Assembly (NCBI GenBank): GCA_009835985.1 | Contig: VXWI01000115.1 | Location: 11,145-75,144, forward strand | From: Acidobacteriota bacterium | Lineage (GTDB): Bacteria > Acidobacteriota > Vicinamibacteria > Marinacidobacterales > Marinacidobacteraceae | DNA length: 64,000 bases | Direction: 5' to 3' | Part shown: positions 8,322-19,832 of the stretch, piece after piece | How the letters are laid out: every line of letters begins with the position of its first letter | Position numbering within the stretch: the first letter of the stretch is position 1 | Made by a program: the position numbers and the translations under genes | Notes under the pieces: model-generated | Told to the model about the DNA's origin: nothing | The model's input: the letters and a program-made list of their open reading frames with translations, nothing else | The model's database searches: none

Positions 8322-8543
8322 GTTTTCTCCTTTCGCGACCGTCGCCGTGACTGCCGCTTCCTCAGTTCCCTCCGCAGTGAAACAGGAGGAGTCCGCCGAG
8401 GGCGAGCGCCGCCAGGACGATGGGCGCAAGAGCCACTACGAAGTGCCAGCGCTTCGGGTTCGGTCCGTTCGTGCCCGCCGGCCGGTTCATCGCGCCACTC
8501 TAACGGCCCCGGTGGGGTTCCCGGCCCGCTGACCGCGAGACAA

Positions 8544-9905
8544 ATGAAGGCTCGGCCCGCTCCGCCGCCGCCTTTCGATCGGCTTCGCGCGGACCTCCTG
8601 GCGATTCACCGGGCGGCGCTCCGGGCGGCCGACCCGGAGCGGATCCTGGAGCGGGACCTCCGGGGAGATGCGGCGTCCGGCTGGACCTTCCGGGGCCAGC
8701 CCCTGCTGCCGCCCGCGCGGACGCGGGGGGAGCCGGTCTTCCTGTTCGGCGCCGGCAAGGCGGCCGCCGCGCTCGCCCGGGGAGTCCGGCGGCGGCTTGC
8801 CGGGGAGGTGGTGCGCGGGAGGATCATCGTGAAGCACGGTCACCGGCTCGAGGTGCCCGGGGTGGTGGTCGAGGAGGCGGGACATCCCGTCCCCGACGTC
8901 CACTCGGTGGAGGCGACGAAGCGGTTGCTCGCGGACCTCCGGGAAAGCGCCGATAGCGGCCGGGTCCTCGTACTGCTGACGGGAGGGGCGTCGGCGCTGC
9001 TGGTGGCGCCGGCGGCCGGCATCACCCTGGAGGACAAGTCACGGGTCAGTTCCCTGCTGCTCGCCTGCGGCGCGGACATCCACGAAATGAACACCGTCCG
9101 CAAACATCTCTCCGCCGTGAAGGGCGGCGGCCTCATCCCGCTGCTGCCGTCAGGACGTGCCGCCGCGCTCGTGATTTCCGACGTGATCGGCGACCAGTTG
9201 ACCTCGATCGGTTCGGGGCCGGCGACCGGGGATCCCACGACCTTCGGCGATGCCCTGGGGGTGCTCGAGAAGTTCGCCCTGCTGGAGCAGGTCCCGGAAG
9301 CGGTGATCGCCCGCCTTCGCGGCGGAGTCGCCGGGACGGTCGCGGAGACGCCCGACGCGCCCGGCGAAGCCGTTCCCCACCACATCGTGGCGAGCAACGC
9401 GCACTCCCTCGGCGCCGCCGGGGAGGAAGCGACCCGGCTCGGCTACCGCGCCGAGATCTTCGGCCGGGACCTCGCGGGCGAGGTCCACCGCACCGCCCGG
9501 GGGTTCGCGAACCGCCTTGCCGTCCTGGGTGCGGACCCCGCGCCGGCGGCGCTGCTCGCGGGAGGAGAGCTGACCCTCAAGGTGACCGGACACGGCCGCG
9601 GGGGGCGGAGCCAGGAGTTCGCGCTGGTCGCGGCGGAGACCCTGGAGGGAGTTCCCGGAGTCGCGCTGCTCGCCGCGGGCACCGACGGCACCGACGGCCC
9701 CACGGACGCGGCCGGGGCGTTTGCGGACGGGGAGTCGTTGGTCCGGGCCCGGCAGCAAGGCCTGGACCCGGAGGCGGCGCTCCGGGACAACGACTCCTGG
9801 TCCCTGTTCCGGGCAACGGGCGACCTGCTCATCACCGGTCCCACCGGAACGAACGTGATGGACCTCATGGTGGGACTCACCAGCGGGGAGACGAACGCGG
9901 ACTAA
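8544..9905 (+). CDS. Glycerate kinase (MOFRL family; glycerate 2-kinase / hydroxypyruvate reductase-like).
   Basis: 453 aa with a DUF4147 N-terminal domain and MOFRL C-terminal domain. Motifs FLFGAGKAAAA, LLTGGASALL, HGRGGRSQEFALVAA. Confidence 0.8.
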   Translation: MKARPAPPPPFDRLRADLLAIHRAALRAADPERILERDLRGDAASGWTFRGQPLLPPARTRGEPVFLFGAGKAAAALARGVRRRLAGEVVRGRIIVKHGHRLEVPGVVVEEAGHPVPDVHSVEATKRLLADLRESADSGRVLVLLTGGASALLVAPAAGITLEDKSRVSSLLLACGADIHEMNTVRKHLSAVKGGGLIPLLPSGRAAALVISDVIGDQLTSIGSGPATGDPTTFGDALGVLEKFALLEQVPEAVIARLRGGVAGTVAETPDAPGEAVPHHIVASNAHSLGAAGEEATRLGYRAEIFGRDLAGEVHRTARGFANRLAVLGADPAPAALLAGGELTLKVTGHGRGGRSQEFALVAAETLEGVPGVALLAAGTDGTDGPTDAAGAFADGESLVRARQQGLDPEAALRDNDSWSLFRATGDLLITGPTGTNVMDLMVGLTSGETNAD

Positions 9906-10603
9906 CGGGATCCCTCCCGCAGCCGGCGGCGTCCGCGCGAGGCCGCGGGGCGGATTCCCACCCGGTGACGGTGCCCGGCGAAGGACGTGCGGAGCGCCCG
10001 TTTGATCAAGGTGATCCGGCGGGCCACCGAGGAAGCGCTGAGCGGCACCGCCCGCAGGCGCGCGATCTGCGGAATGGTGCAGTGGTCCCGGAAGTAGAGC
10101 TGAAACAGGAGCCGGTTCAGGGCCTGCTGCCGGTCGTCGACCGAGATCCGCCGCAGGACCGTCTCGACGCCCTCGTTCAACTCGCGCATCACAACGGCCG
10201 ACTCGGGATCGTCGAGGACGTCTTCGAGAGGACTCTCGGCGAGCGCGGCCTCGAGCCGCCAGGTCTCCTCGGGCGGAAACGTCTGTTCGACGCCATGCCG
10301 GTACCGGTCGTGCCGGAACTGGTCCCGCAGGATGTTCTCGGCGATCCGGCGGATGAAGAGATCGAACGTCTCCTCGCGCGTCCCGGCGAAACTGCGGATC
10401 ACCCGGCGCCCGTCCGCGACGAGCCGCTCCATGACGTCCTGCGACAGGTCGTCCAGCGTGGCGGCGTCCGCGCGCCGGCGACCCGCGAAACGCGAGTGCA
10501 GAACCACCCGGACGAGGTTCCGGCAGCGTCTGAACAGGACTCCCCACAGGGGGTCGTCCGGACGCGCCGCCACGAGGCGGCGAAACAGCTCCCAGGAGTC
10601 CAT
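9902..10603 (-). CDS. ECF-type RNA polymerase sigma factor.
   Basis: Sigma-70 region 2-like segment (DLSQDVMERLV...) and region 4 helix-turn-helix (RQQALNRLLFQLYFRDHCTIPQIARLRAVPLSASSVARRI). An AT-rich putative promoter lies upstream at 10640-10690. Confidence 0.6.
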   Translation of the reverse strand: MDSWELFRRLVAARPDDPLWGVLFRRCRNLVRVVLHSRFAGRRRADAATLDDLSQDVMERLVADGRRVIRSFAGTREETFDLFIRRIAENILRDQFRHDRYRHGVEQTFPPEETWRLEAALAESPLEDVLDDPESAVVMRELNEGVETVLRRISVDDRQQALNRLLFQLYFRDHCTIPQIARLRAVPLSASSVARRITLIKRALRTSFAGHRHRVGIRPAASRGRRRLREGSR

Positions 10604-10689
10604 GCGCAGCGGCAGCCGGGGAGTCTATTCCGTCCTAACTCTCTCCGAACTCTTTTTTTCGACGCGCTTTTTACGTTTGTTACAGCACA

Positions 10690-11091
10690 TTACACCGAAG
10701 CGGCCCCGCCGTGGCCGCCGTGGCGCGGGACTGCCAACAAGACGGCCAGCGTCACGGCGGCCAGGACACCGTCCGCCGCGGCGAACACCAGGAACAGGGG
10801 AGGGGAGTCCCTGAGCAGGAAGTCGAGGACGAAGAGCAGGGCTCCGCCACCCTTGAGCACGGGTCCCATGATCCAGATGTACCAGCGGTTCGCTTCGAGG
10901 TTTTTCAGGATCGCGAAGTAGCCGAGTCCGACCGCGAGCGCGAAGAGTCCGTTCAGGTTCGCGTGGATCGGGAAGCGGGGCGGTTCGGTGCCGAACAGCT
11001 GGCGAACCTCTTCCAGCGCGAAGAGCAGCGCGCCGCCCAGAAGCACGTCGTAGACGCCGCTGACGATGACGACGCCAAGGAGCAACCTCAT
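10690..11091 (-). CDS. Hypothetical small integral membrane protein (4 predicted TM helices).
   Basis: 133-aa hydrophobic ORF immediately upstream of, and co-directional with, the ECF sigma gene. Possible membrane-bound partner or anti-sigma factor, but no family recognised. Confidence 0.45.
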   Translation of the reverse strand: MRLLLGVVIVSGVYDVLLGGALLFALEEVRQLFGTEPPRFPIHANLNGLFALAVGLGYFAILKNLEANRWYIWIMGPVLKGGGALLFVLDFLLRDSPPLFLVFAAADGVLAAVTLAVLLAVPRHGGHGGAASV

Positions 11092-11151
11092 CGGCCAAAT
11101 GTAACCGCCGGCGCCTCCACGAAGGGCCGCCGGCGCCCTGTAATCCGCCCA

Positions 11152-11179
11152 TTACAGGCCATTCGGGCCCGGCTATACT
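11152..11179 (+). promoter_or_regulatory. Candidate sigma-70-type promoter for hslVU: TTACAG-N16-TATACT.
   Basis: -10 TATACT at 11174-11179, -35 TTACAG at 11152-11157 with 16-nt spacing. An 8-bp-stem hairpin (cctgtaat-ccgccc-attacagg) overlaps the -35 region. Confidence 0.3.
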
Positions 11180-11206
11180 GCCTGACTGCCCCGTGTGGAG
11201 AACCGC

Positions 11207-11821
11207 ATGCGGCGCCCGGGTCCCGACGGGGTGCGCGCGCGGCTTCGCGATGGTCCAGGTCCGCGGGGGCTCCGCATCAGTTCCGTGCCCTCCCCGTTCC
11301 ACTCCACGACCGTGCTGGCCGTCCGTCGCGAGGGCAGCACGACCCTGGCGGCCGACGGACAGGTCACCCTCGGGGACATCGTGGTGAAGCACGGCGCGCG
11401 CAAGCTGCGACGGATGAGCGATGGCGCGATCCTCGCCGGTTTCGCCGGGGCCACCGCGGATGCCCAGGCGCTGTTCGCGAAGTTCGAGACGAAGCTCGAA
11501 GCCCATCGGGGGAACCTCGAACGCGCGTGCGTGGAGCTCGCCCAGGACTGGCGGACCGATCGGGTGCTCCGCCATCTGGATGCCCTGCTGCTCGTGGCCG
11601 ACAAGGACCACGTCTTCCTGCTCTCGGGCGACGGGGACCTCATGCAGCCCGACGACGGCATCATGGCGATCGGCGCGGGAGCGCCCTTCGCGATGGCGGC
11701 GGCGCGCGCCCTCGCGTCCCGAACCGAACTCACCGCCCGGGAGATCGCCGAGGAGGCGATGCGCGTCACCGACGGCATCTGCATCTACACGAACGGTCAG
11801 GTGATCTACGAAGAGGTGTGA
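11207..11821 (+). CDS. hslV: ATP-dependent protease subunit HslV, with an apparent N-terminal extension before the catalytic Thr.
   Basis: TTVLAVRREG...GQVTLGDIVVKHGARKLRRM...GFAGATADAQALF...DWRTDRVLRHLDALLLVAD...AIGAGAPFAMAAARAL...CIYTN aligns along the whole length of HslV. GGAG RBS 6 nt upstream of ATG 11207; GTG 11195 also possible. The catalytic Thr codon is at 11309. Confidence 0.8.
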   Translation: MRRPGPDGVRARLRDGPGPRGLRISSVPSPFHSTTVLAVRREGSTTLAADGQVTLGDIVVKHGARKLRRMSDGAILAGFAGATADAQALFAKFETKLEAHRGNLERACVELAQDWRTDRVLRHLDALLLVADKDHVFLLSGDGDLMQPDDGIMAIGAGAPFAMAAARALASRTELTAREIAEEAMRVTDGICIYTNGQVIYEEV

Positions 11822-11845
11822 CTTCTGGTCGAGTATCTCCCCCCC

Positions 11846-13264
<1,419 letters not shown>

Positions 13265-13298
13265 CGGCACGCCGATTCCCGCCGGCCGCCGGGGCTCG

Positions 13299-15119
13299 AT
13301 GAAGACGCTGGCCGCGCTCGCGCTCGTCCTGATCGTCGGCGCCGCCGGATGCGGTCGCCGGGGTCCGCCGCTCGCGCCGCTCCAGGTGGATCCGGAAACG
13401 CCCCGGGTCCTGCCGCTCCGGCAGGAGGACGGCGCGGTCGTGGTGCGCTGGTACGCGCCCCGTCTCGACTCGGGGGGGGACCCTGCGGACCTGCGGCTGC
13501 GGAAGGCGGTCGTGTCCTACCGGATCGTGGACCTCCACGCCCTCGCTGCGGAGGAGCGCGCCTCCCAGCGCCGGCCGCCGGAGGAGGAGGAAGAGGACAC
13601 CGGGGCGGCCTCCGCGGACGACGAGGATGGCGCCGGAGTCCCCGAACCGGAGGACCCCGAACCGGAGGACCCCGTGACCGAGGACTCCGCGACGGAGGAC
13701 TCCGTGACGGAGGACCCCGTGACGGAGGAGCCGGCAGCGCCGGACGCGGCGCCCGCGACGCCGGGGCCGGAGACCCCCGCCGGGGAAGAAACGCCGGTGC
13801 CGGATGCCGTGCCCCCGGAGACCACCGAGCCGGGGCCCGTAGCGGTCGAGGAACCGTCCCCCGCCGGCGGGACTCCGCCCGGGGAAGCGGAAGCGGAGCC
13901 GGAGCAGCAACCGGTGCCGGAGGAGGAGCCCGAGCCGGCGCCCGAGCCGGGAGGGGAGCCGGAACCCGAACCCGAGGGGGAAACCGGGCCCGGCGCCGCC
14001 CAGGAAGCGGAGGGACCGGGAGAACCAGCCCCGGACGAGGCGGGTGGTGATACGCAGGAGGAGGCTCCGGAGCCGGAGGCCGCGCCGGAACCCGAGGGGC
14101 CGCTCCTCGACTACGAGGAACTCGAGTTCGAAGTGCTCTCCGAGATCGAGTCGGAAGTGCCCGGGGAGGAACGGGTCCTCGAGCTGCCGGTGGAACCGGA
14201 CTGGATCGGCCGCCGCCTGGAGATCACCGTCCGCTACGAGGCGCGCGGCGGCGCGAGCGAGGAGAGCGAACTCCAGTCGCTCGACGTCACCGGCCCGCTG
14301 CCGCCGGTGGCGGGGGTCCTCGTCGAGGTCGGGCCGCGCGAGCTGACCATCCGCTGGCAGGATCCCCGCGGCGCCCTGGGAGAGGCGCCCCTGGCGGACC
14401 CGCTGTTCGAGGTCTTCCGCCGGCGCGGAGGGGAATCCGAACGGCTGGGACGGTCCTTCGGCCCGACCCAGACGGACGCCGACGTGGTGTGGGGGGAAGA
14501 GGTCTGTTACCGCGCGCGGCTCGTCGTGGCCGGGGACGCGGAAGAGCGGGTGATCCCCGACCCCGGGCCCGTCGCGCCGGCCGGCCCCGCGGGAGGCGAT
14601 AGCGCCGGGGAGTCCCCGGCTCCGGACGAGACCGGCGAGCCTGGCGCCCTCGATACATCCGGCGCGGAGCCCGCAGATCCCGAAGGGGAAGCGGCGACCG
14701 CGCCCGGGGATCCCGAGGCGGAGGAGGCGCCGTGGACCCCGATCCCGATCCGGGTCCCCGGCGCCGGAACCGGCGCGCTGAGCGTCGGGCCGATGTCCGC
14801 CGAGGAGTGCGTTACCCCGGTGGACGTCTTCCCGCCGGTCCCGCCGTCGGATCTCCGCCTCTTCTGGCGCGCCGAGGCGACCGAACTCAGTTGGAGGGAC
14901 TCGGCCTCCACCGACGTCGCCGGGTATCACGTCTACCGCTCCGGCCCGGATGGCAGCGGCTTCCAGCGCCTGACCGAGTCGCCGGTCGAACAGACGAGCT
15001 ACACCGACGCGGCGCGCGATCCGCGGGGCGCGTATCGCTACGCCGTCACGGCGGTGGACGGCGCCGACCCGCCGAACGAGAGCCTGCCCTCCGACCCCCG
15101 CACCGCGAATCCGCGCTAA
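13299..15119 (+). CDS. Lipoprotein with a long acidic Pro/Glu-rich tandem-repeat region and C-terminal fibronectin type III-like domains.
   Basis: Lipobox MKTLAALALVLIVGAAGC. Degenerate 15-nt (5-aa) in-frame tandem repeats at ~13641-13730 (PEPEDPEPEDPVTEDSATEDSVTEDPVTEE). FN3-like segments (LRLFWRAEATELSWRDSASTDVAGYHVYRSGPDGSGFQRLTESPVEQTSYTD). Confidence 0.6.
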   Translation: MKTLAALALVLIVGAAGCGRRGPPLAPLQVDPETPRVLPLRQEDGAVVVRWYAPRLDSGGDPADLRLRKAVVSYRIVDLHALAAEERASQRRPPEEEEEDTGAASADDEDGAGVPEPEDPEPEDPVTEDSATEDSVTEDPVTEEPAAPDAAPATPGPETPAGEETPVPDAVPPETTEPGPVAVEEPSPAGGTPPGEAEAEPEQQPVPEEEPEPAPEPGGEPEPEPEGETGPGAAQEAEGPGEPAPDEAGGDTQEEAPEPEAAPEPEGPLLDYEELEFEVLSEIESEVPGEERVLELPVEPDWIGRRLEITVRYEARGGASEESELQSLDVTGPLPPVAGVLVEVGPRELTIRWQDPRGALGEAPLADPLFEVFRRRGGESERLGRSFGPTQTDADVVWGEEVCYRARLVVAGDAEERVIPDPGPVAPAGPAGGDSAGESPAPDETGEPGALDTSGAEPADPEGEAATAPGDPEAEEAPWTPIPIRVPGAGTGALSVGPMSAEECVTPVDVFPPVPPSDLRLFWRAEATELSWRDSASTDVAGYHVYRSGPDGSGFQRLTESPVEQTSYTDAARDPRGAYRYAVTAVDGADPPNESLPSDPRTANPR

Positions 15120-15173
15120 ACGGCCGCGCTCGCTGGTCGGCGGGTCGCCCAGCCGCCGTGGTGGCGCCGCCTC

Positions 15174-15392
15174 GGAGCGCCGGCCTCCGGCCGGCGGCCA
15201 GTTCTCCCGGTGGGGGCCGCGCGCGAGCGCGAAACCCGCGCTGATGGCGCTCCTCCCCCTGAAGGTGGGCCCCACGTTCGGCTCGTTTCGGGCGGCACGC
15301 AGCCTTTCCCGGTTGGGATCACGCCATGGGAATCGGCTGCGGCGTGCGTTTCGCGGCCTGCGGCCGCGATGCCGGCCGGAGGCCGGCGCTCC
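15174..15392 (-). mobile_element. MITE-like repeat copy 2 (219 bp), inverted relative to copy 1; same perfect 22-bp terminal inverted repeats.
   Basis: Its sequence equals the reverse complement of 2824-3043 with about 90% identity, e.g. ...ggccagttctcccggtggggg... is the reverse complement of cccccaccgggagaactggcc. Lies between the lipoprotein gene and tal. A 10-bp-stem hairpin (cgtttccgcc-N11-ggcggaaacg) follows at 15403-15435. Confidence 0.75.
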
Positions 15393-15513
15393 GAGCTCCG
15401 GCCGTTTCCGCCATTGTCGTGACGGGCGGAAACGCCGCGTCAGTCGTGCCGCCAACCGGTAGAATCGCGCCGGGGCCGGGCCGAATTCCGGATTGACGAG
15501 GTGCCGGGCGCGC

Positions 15514-16161
15514 ATGCAGATCTTTCTTGACACCGCAAACGTTGACGAAATCTCGCGTGCCGCCGCGATGGGGCTCGTGGACGGCGTCACGACGAATCCG
15601 TCGCTCATGGCGAAGGAAACGGGCGATCCGCGGGAGATCCTGGCCGCGATCGCCGAAACGGTTTCCGGCGACGTCTCGGCGGAGGTCTTGTCAACCGACA
15701 CCGCCGGGATGGTGGCCGAAGGCCGGGAACTCGCGACCATCGCCCCGAACATCATCATCAAGTGCCCGCTGACGCCCGACGGCCTGCGCGCGGTCCGCGA
15801 ACTCAAGGAGGAGGGGATCCGTGTCAACGTGACCCTCTGTTTCAGCGTTCCGCAGGCCCTCTTCGCGGCGAAGGCGGGCGCCTACATCGTGAGCCCCTTC
15901 GTCGGCCGGCTCGACGACATCTCCGCCCCCGGCATGCAGTTGATCGCGGACATCCGGGAGGTCTACGACAACTACGGCTTCGCCACCCAGATTCTGGTCG
16001 CCAGCATCCGGAACCCCCTGCACGTCGTGGAGGGGGCGCGGCTGGGAGCCGACATCGCCACCATGCCCGCCAAGGTGCTGGACCTGCTCATCAAGCATCC
16101 GTTGACGGACATCGGCCTCGAGCGTTTCCTGAAGGACTGGGAAGCCGCCCGGGTCGGTTGA
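15514..16161 (+). CDS. tal: Transaldolase (fructose-6-phosphate aldolase/TalC subfamily).
   Basis: [13 protein letters not shown]...GVTTNPSL...IIIKCPLT...[11 protein letters not shown]..., about 215 aa, typical of the short TalC/FSA transaldolase subfamily. Confidence 0.85.
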   Translation: MQIFLDTANVDEISRAAAMGLVDGVTTNPSLMAKETGDPREILAAIAETVSGDVSAEVLSTDTAGMVAEGRELATIAPNIIIKCPLTPDGLRAVRELKEEGIRVNVTLCFSVPQALFAAKAGAYIVSPFVGRLDDISAPGMQLIADIREVYDNYGFATQILVASIRNPLHVVEGARLGADIATMPAKVLDLLIKHPLTDIGLERFLKDWEAARVG

Positions 16162-16197
16162 CCGGGCGCGCCGGAGGTCTGGCGAGGTCCGGCTGAA

Positions 16198-17763
16198 GTG
16201 TCAGCCAGGTCGGAAGGGTCTGCGGACGCCTTCGCCGAACTCGAGGAGCGGAACCGCCGCGCCGAGGAAGGCGGCGGCGAGGCCCGGCTCGAGCGCCAGC
16301 GGCGTTCGGGAAGACTGACGGCGCGCGAGCGGATCGCGACCCTGGTCGACGCCGGGTCCTTCGAAGAGACCGGACGGCTGGTCGAGCACCGCTCGCGCGA
16401 TTTCGGCCTCGACCGGCAGCGCTATCCCGGGGACGGAGTTGTCACGGGCTACGCCCGGATCGACGGGCGCCTCGCCTACCTGTTCGCCCAGGACTTCACG
16501 GTTCTCGGCGGCTCGCTCAGCGAGGCGGTCGCCGAGAAGATCTGCCGGACCATGGATCTGGCGGTCCGGCAGGGCGCCCCCATCATCGGGCTGAACGACT
16601 CCGGGGGCGCGCGCATCCAGGAAGGGGTGGTCTCGCTCGCCGGATACGCCGACATCTTTCTGAGGAACACGCTGGCTTCGGGCGTGGTTCCCCAGATTTC
16701 GGCCATCCTCGGGCCCTGCGCCGGCGGCGCCGTGTATTCCCCGGCCATCACGGACTTCACGATCATGTCCCGCGGCACCAGCTACATGTTCGTGACCGGG
16801 CCGGACGTGATCCGCGCCGTGACCCACGAGGAAGTCACGATGGAGGACCTCGGCGGTGCGGAGACCCACAACACGGTTTCGGGGAACGCGCACTTCCTGG
16901 GGGAGAACGACGAGGACTGCCTCGATCTCATCCGGCAACTCCTCTCCTTCCTGCCGTCGAACAACCTGGAGGAGCCGCCGCGGCGTCCCTCGGCGGATCC
17001 GCCCGACCGGGAAGTCCCGTCGCTGGACAAGCTCGTTCCCGAGGCGCCCGACCAGCCGTACGACATCAAGGACCTCATCGGCGAAGTGGTGGACGACGGC
17101 GAGTTCCTGGAGGTCCAGGCGCTCCACGCCGGGAACCTGGTGGTCGGTTTCGCCCGGCTCGCCGGGGCTCCGGTGGGCATCGTGGCGAACCAGCCGGCGG
17201 TGCTGGCGGGCGTTCTGGACATCCATGCTTCCGTCAAGGGCGCCCGCTTCGTCCGGTTCTGCGACGCCTTCAACCTCCCGCTGATCACGTTCGAGGACGT
17301 GCCGGGCTTCCTGCCGGGGACCCAGCAGGAGTGGGGAGGCATCATCCGGCACGGAGCGAAGCTGCTCTATGCCTTCGCGGAAGCCACCGTTCCCAAGATC
17401 ACGGTCATCACCCGCAAGGCGTACGGCGGCGCCTACTGCGTGATGGCGAGCAAGCACATCCGGACCGACCTCAACTACGCCTGGCCGAACGCCGAGATCG
17501 CGGTGATGGGGTCGGAGGGAGCCGTGAACGTCCTGTATCGGCGCGAACTCGAAGCGGCCGAGGACGCCGAAGCGGAGCGCGCCGGCCGGGTGGCCGCCTA
17601 CCGCGAGCGCTTCGCGAACCCGTACGTGGCGGCGGAGCGGGGATACGTGGACGAGGTCATCCCGCCGCGGACCACCCGCCGGAAGCTGACCACCGCGCTG
17701 GCCTCGCTCGCCACCAAACGTGACCGGAACCCGCCGAAGAAGCACGGCAACATCCCGCTCTGA
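16198..17763 (+). CDS. Acyl-CoA carboxylase carboxyltransferase subunit (propionyl-CoA carboxylase beta / methylmalonyl-CoA carboxyltransferase family).
   Basis: 521 aa, GTG start. Conserved blocks [56 protein letters not shown]. Confidence 0.85.
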   Translation: MSARSEGSADAFAELEERNRRAEEGGGEARLERQRRSGRLTARERIATLVDAGSFEETGRLVEHRSRDFGLDRQRYPGDGVVTGYARIDGRLAYLFAQDFTVLGGSLSEAVAEKICRTMDLAVRQGAPIIGLNDSGGARIQEGVVSLAGYADIFLRNTLASGVVPQISAILGPCAGGAVYSPAITDFTIMSRGTSYMFVTGPDVIRAVTHEEVTMEDLGGAETHNTVSGNAHFLGENDEDCLDLIRQLLSFLPSNNLEEPPRRPSADPPDREVPSLDKLVPEAPDQPYDIKDLIGEVVDDGEFLEVQALHAGNLVVGFARLAGAPVGIVANQPAVLAGVLDIHASVKGARFVRFCDAFNLPLITFEDVPGFLPGTQQEWGGIIRHGAKLLYAFAEATVPKITVITRKAYGGAYCVMASKHIRTDLNYAWPNAEIAVMGSEGAVNVLYRRELEAAEDAEAERAGRVAAYRERFANPYVAAERGYVDEVIPPRTTRRKLTTALASLATKRDRNPPKKHGNIPL

Positions 17764-17772
17764 CACCGACTG

Positions 17773-19287
17773 ATGTTCCGCCGGGTCCTCGTCGCCAACC
17801 GGGGTGAGATCGCGGTCCGGATCATCCGGGCCTGCCGCGACCTCGGCGTTTCGCCGGTAACGGTTCACTCCGAGGCCGACCGGGACAGTCTGCACGTGCG
17901 GCTCGCCGACGAGTCCTTCGAAGTGGGGAGAGCGGCCTCTCGCGACAGCTACCTGAACGGCGAGCGGGTCATCGAGGCGGCGCGGGCCATGGAGGCCGAG
18001 GCCCTTCATCCCGGGTACGGATTCCTTGCCGAGAACGGCGGTTTCGCCGCGCGCTGCGCCGAACGCGGCCTCGTCTTCGTGGGACCGCCTCCGGAGGCCA
18101 TGCGCCGGATGGGGGACAAGGCTGCGGCCCGCGCGACGGCGGTCGAGGCCGGGGTCCCGGTCGTCCCGGGCTCGGATGTCGTCTCGGGGAAGGACGCCGA
18201 ACGCGCCGCCGTGAGGATCGGGTTCCCGCTGCTCATCAAGGCCGTGGCCGGCGGCGGAGGCATGGGAATGCGCCTCGTGCGGGATCCGTCGGAGTTCTCC
18301 GACTCCCTGCGGGCCGCGGAGTCCGAAGCGGAGGCGGCCTTCGGGGATGCCGGGGTGTTCCTCGAGCGCTTCGTGGAGAACCCCCGTCACATCGAGATCC
18401 AGGTGTTCGGCGATGACTTCGGCTCCGTCGTTCACCTGGGCGAGCGCGACTGTTCCATCCAGCGCCGGAACCAGAAACTCCTCGAAGAGAGCCCGTCGCC
18501 GGCGATTTCGCCCGGGCTGCGTGCCGCGATGGGGGAAGCGGCCGTCCGTCTCGCGCGCGGCGCCGGCTACCGGAACGCCGGGACCGTGGAGTTCCTCCTC
18601 GCTCCGGAAGGGCGCTTCCATTTCCTCGAGATGAACGCGCGGCTCCAGGTCGAGCATCCGGTCACCGAGCTGGTCTCGGGAATGGACCTCGTCGCGCTCC
18701 AGTTGCGGGTGGCCGCCGGCGAGCCGCTCGGTTTCGCCCAGTCGGAGGTCTCGCTGAGCGGCGCGGCGATCGAACTCCGGATCACCGCGGAGGATCCGTT
18801 CACCGGTTTCGTCCCGGCCACCGGCCGCATCCGGGAGTTCCGTCCCCCCGCCGGTCCGGGAGTCCGCTGCGACGCCGGGATCGACTCGGGCAGCGTGGTG
18901 TCCCCGCACTACGACCCCCTGCTCGCCAAGATCATCGTGTCGGGGCCCGACCGGGAAACGGCCCGGAAACGGGCGATCCGGGCGGTCCGGGAGACCCGGC
19001 TCATCGGAGTCGCCTCGACCCTGCCCTTCTTCGAACGGGTGCTGGCCAGCGCCCCCTTCTGCAGCGGGGACCTCGATACCTCGTTCGTCGCCGTGCACTG
19101 GTCCGCCCTCAGCCGGGACGGAGCGGACGGCGAATCCGCGGCGCGGGCCGAACTGGCGCCTCTGGCGCTCGCGGCGGCGGCCGGTGAGCTGTGGCGCCGC
19201 GAAGGAGCCAACGCGGGCGTTTCCGGTGCGCCCCCGTCCGGGTGGCGCCTCGCCGGCGTCGCCGAAGCGCAGCGGGACCGGCTCTAG
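17773..19287 (+). CDS. accC: Biotin carboxylase subunit (AccC/PccA-type).
   Basis: MFRRVLVANRGEIAVRIIRACRDLG..., ATP-grasp motifs, GYGFLAEN, EMNARLQVEHPVTE, and a C-terminal biotin-carboxylase domain. 504 aa. Confidence 0.9.
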   Translation: MFRRVLVANRGEIAVRIIRACRDLGVSPVTVHSEADRDSLHVRLADESFEVGRAASRDSYLNGERVIEAARAMEAEALHPGYGFLAENGGFAARCAERGLVFVGPPPEAMRRMGDKAAARATAVEAGVPVVPGSDVVSGKDAERAAVRIGFPLLIKAVAGGGGMGMRLVRDPSEFSDSLRAAESEAEAAFGDAGVFLERFVENPRHIEIQVFGDDFGSVVHLGERDCSIQRRNQKLLEESPSPAISPGLRAAMGEAAVRLARGAGYRNAGTVEFLLAPEGRFHFLEMNARLQVEHPVTELVSGMDLVALQLRVAAGEPLGFAQSEVSLSGAAIELRITAEDPFTGFVPATGRIREFRPPAGPGVRCDAGIDSGSVVSPHYDPLLAKIIVSGPDRETARKRAIRAVRETRLIGVASTLPFFERVLASAPFCSGDLDTSFVAVHWSALSRDGADGESAARAELAPLALAAAAGELWRREGANAGVSGAPPSGWRLAGVAEAQRDRL

Positions 19288-19304
19288 CCGCCTGGTTGAA
19301 ACCA

Positions 19305-19832
19305 ATGCGGCGCACCCTTTCTCTCGACGGAAAGAAGCTGCGGGTCGAAGTGCGCGCCGAGACCGGCGACGGCACCCTGAGGGTCGGGATCGAGGGCGGT
19401 GACCGGGAACTGGTCGCTCGCGAGACCCCCGGTGGCTGGACGATCACGAACGGCCGCCGCACGGTCGAGGCCGGCGTTACCGGCGATCGAAGCGGAGCAC
19501 TGGTGGTTCAGATCGCCGGACACACCTACCGGCTCGAAACCGGCCGGGGCCCGGCGGGCAGCTCCCGCCGAATGGGGCCGGCGGCCGGCGGGGCGGCGGG
19601 TGGCCGCTCCGAGGTCCGGACCCCGATGCCAGGCAAGGTGGTACGCCTCCTGCGTGAGGAAGGCGAGCAGGTCGCCGCCGGCGACGGCGTGCTGGTGTTC
19701 GAAGCGATGAAGATGCAGAACGAGATCCGCGCCCCGGAGAGCGGGGTCATCGCTAACATGAGGGCTGCCGCGGGAACACCCATGGAGGGCGGCGAACTTC
19801 TGTTCGTCGTGGAGCCCGCGCAATCTGCGTGA
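19305..19832 (+). CDS. Biotin carboxyl carrier protein (biotinyl/lipoyl attachment domain).
   Basis: C-terminal biotinyl domain with EAMKMQNEIRAP (AMKM biotinylation motif). Start ATG 19305 lies 15 nt after the accC stop. Confidence 0.8.
   Translation: MRRTLSLDGKKLRVEVRAETGDGTLRVGIEGGDRELVARETPGGWTITNGRRTVEAGVTGDRSGALVVQIAGHTYRLETGRGPAGSSRRMGPAAGGAAGGRSEVRTPMPGKVVRLLREEGEQVAAGDGVLVFEAMKMQNEIRAPESGVIANMRAAAGTPMEGGELLFVVEPAQSA

Noticed and set aside
16201-19305. 1034-aa antisense ORF opposite the acyl-CoA carboxylase genes
   Set aside because: Antisense to two strongly conserved genes (carboxyltransferase and biotin carboxylase); composition-driven open frame without homology.
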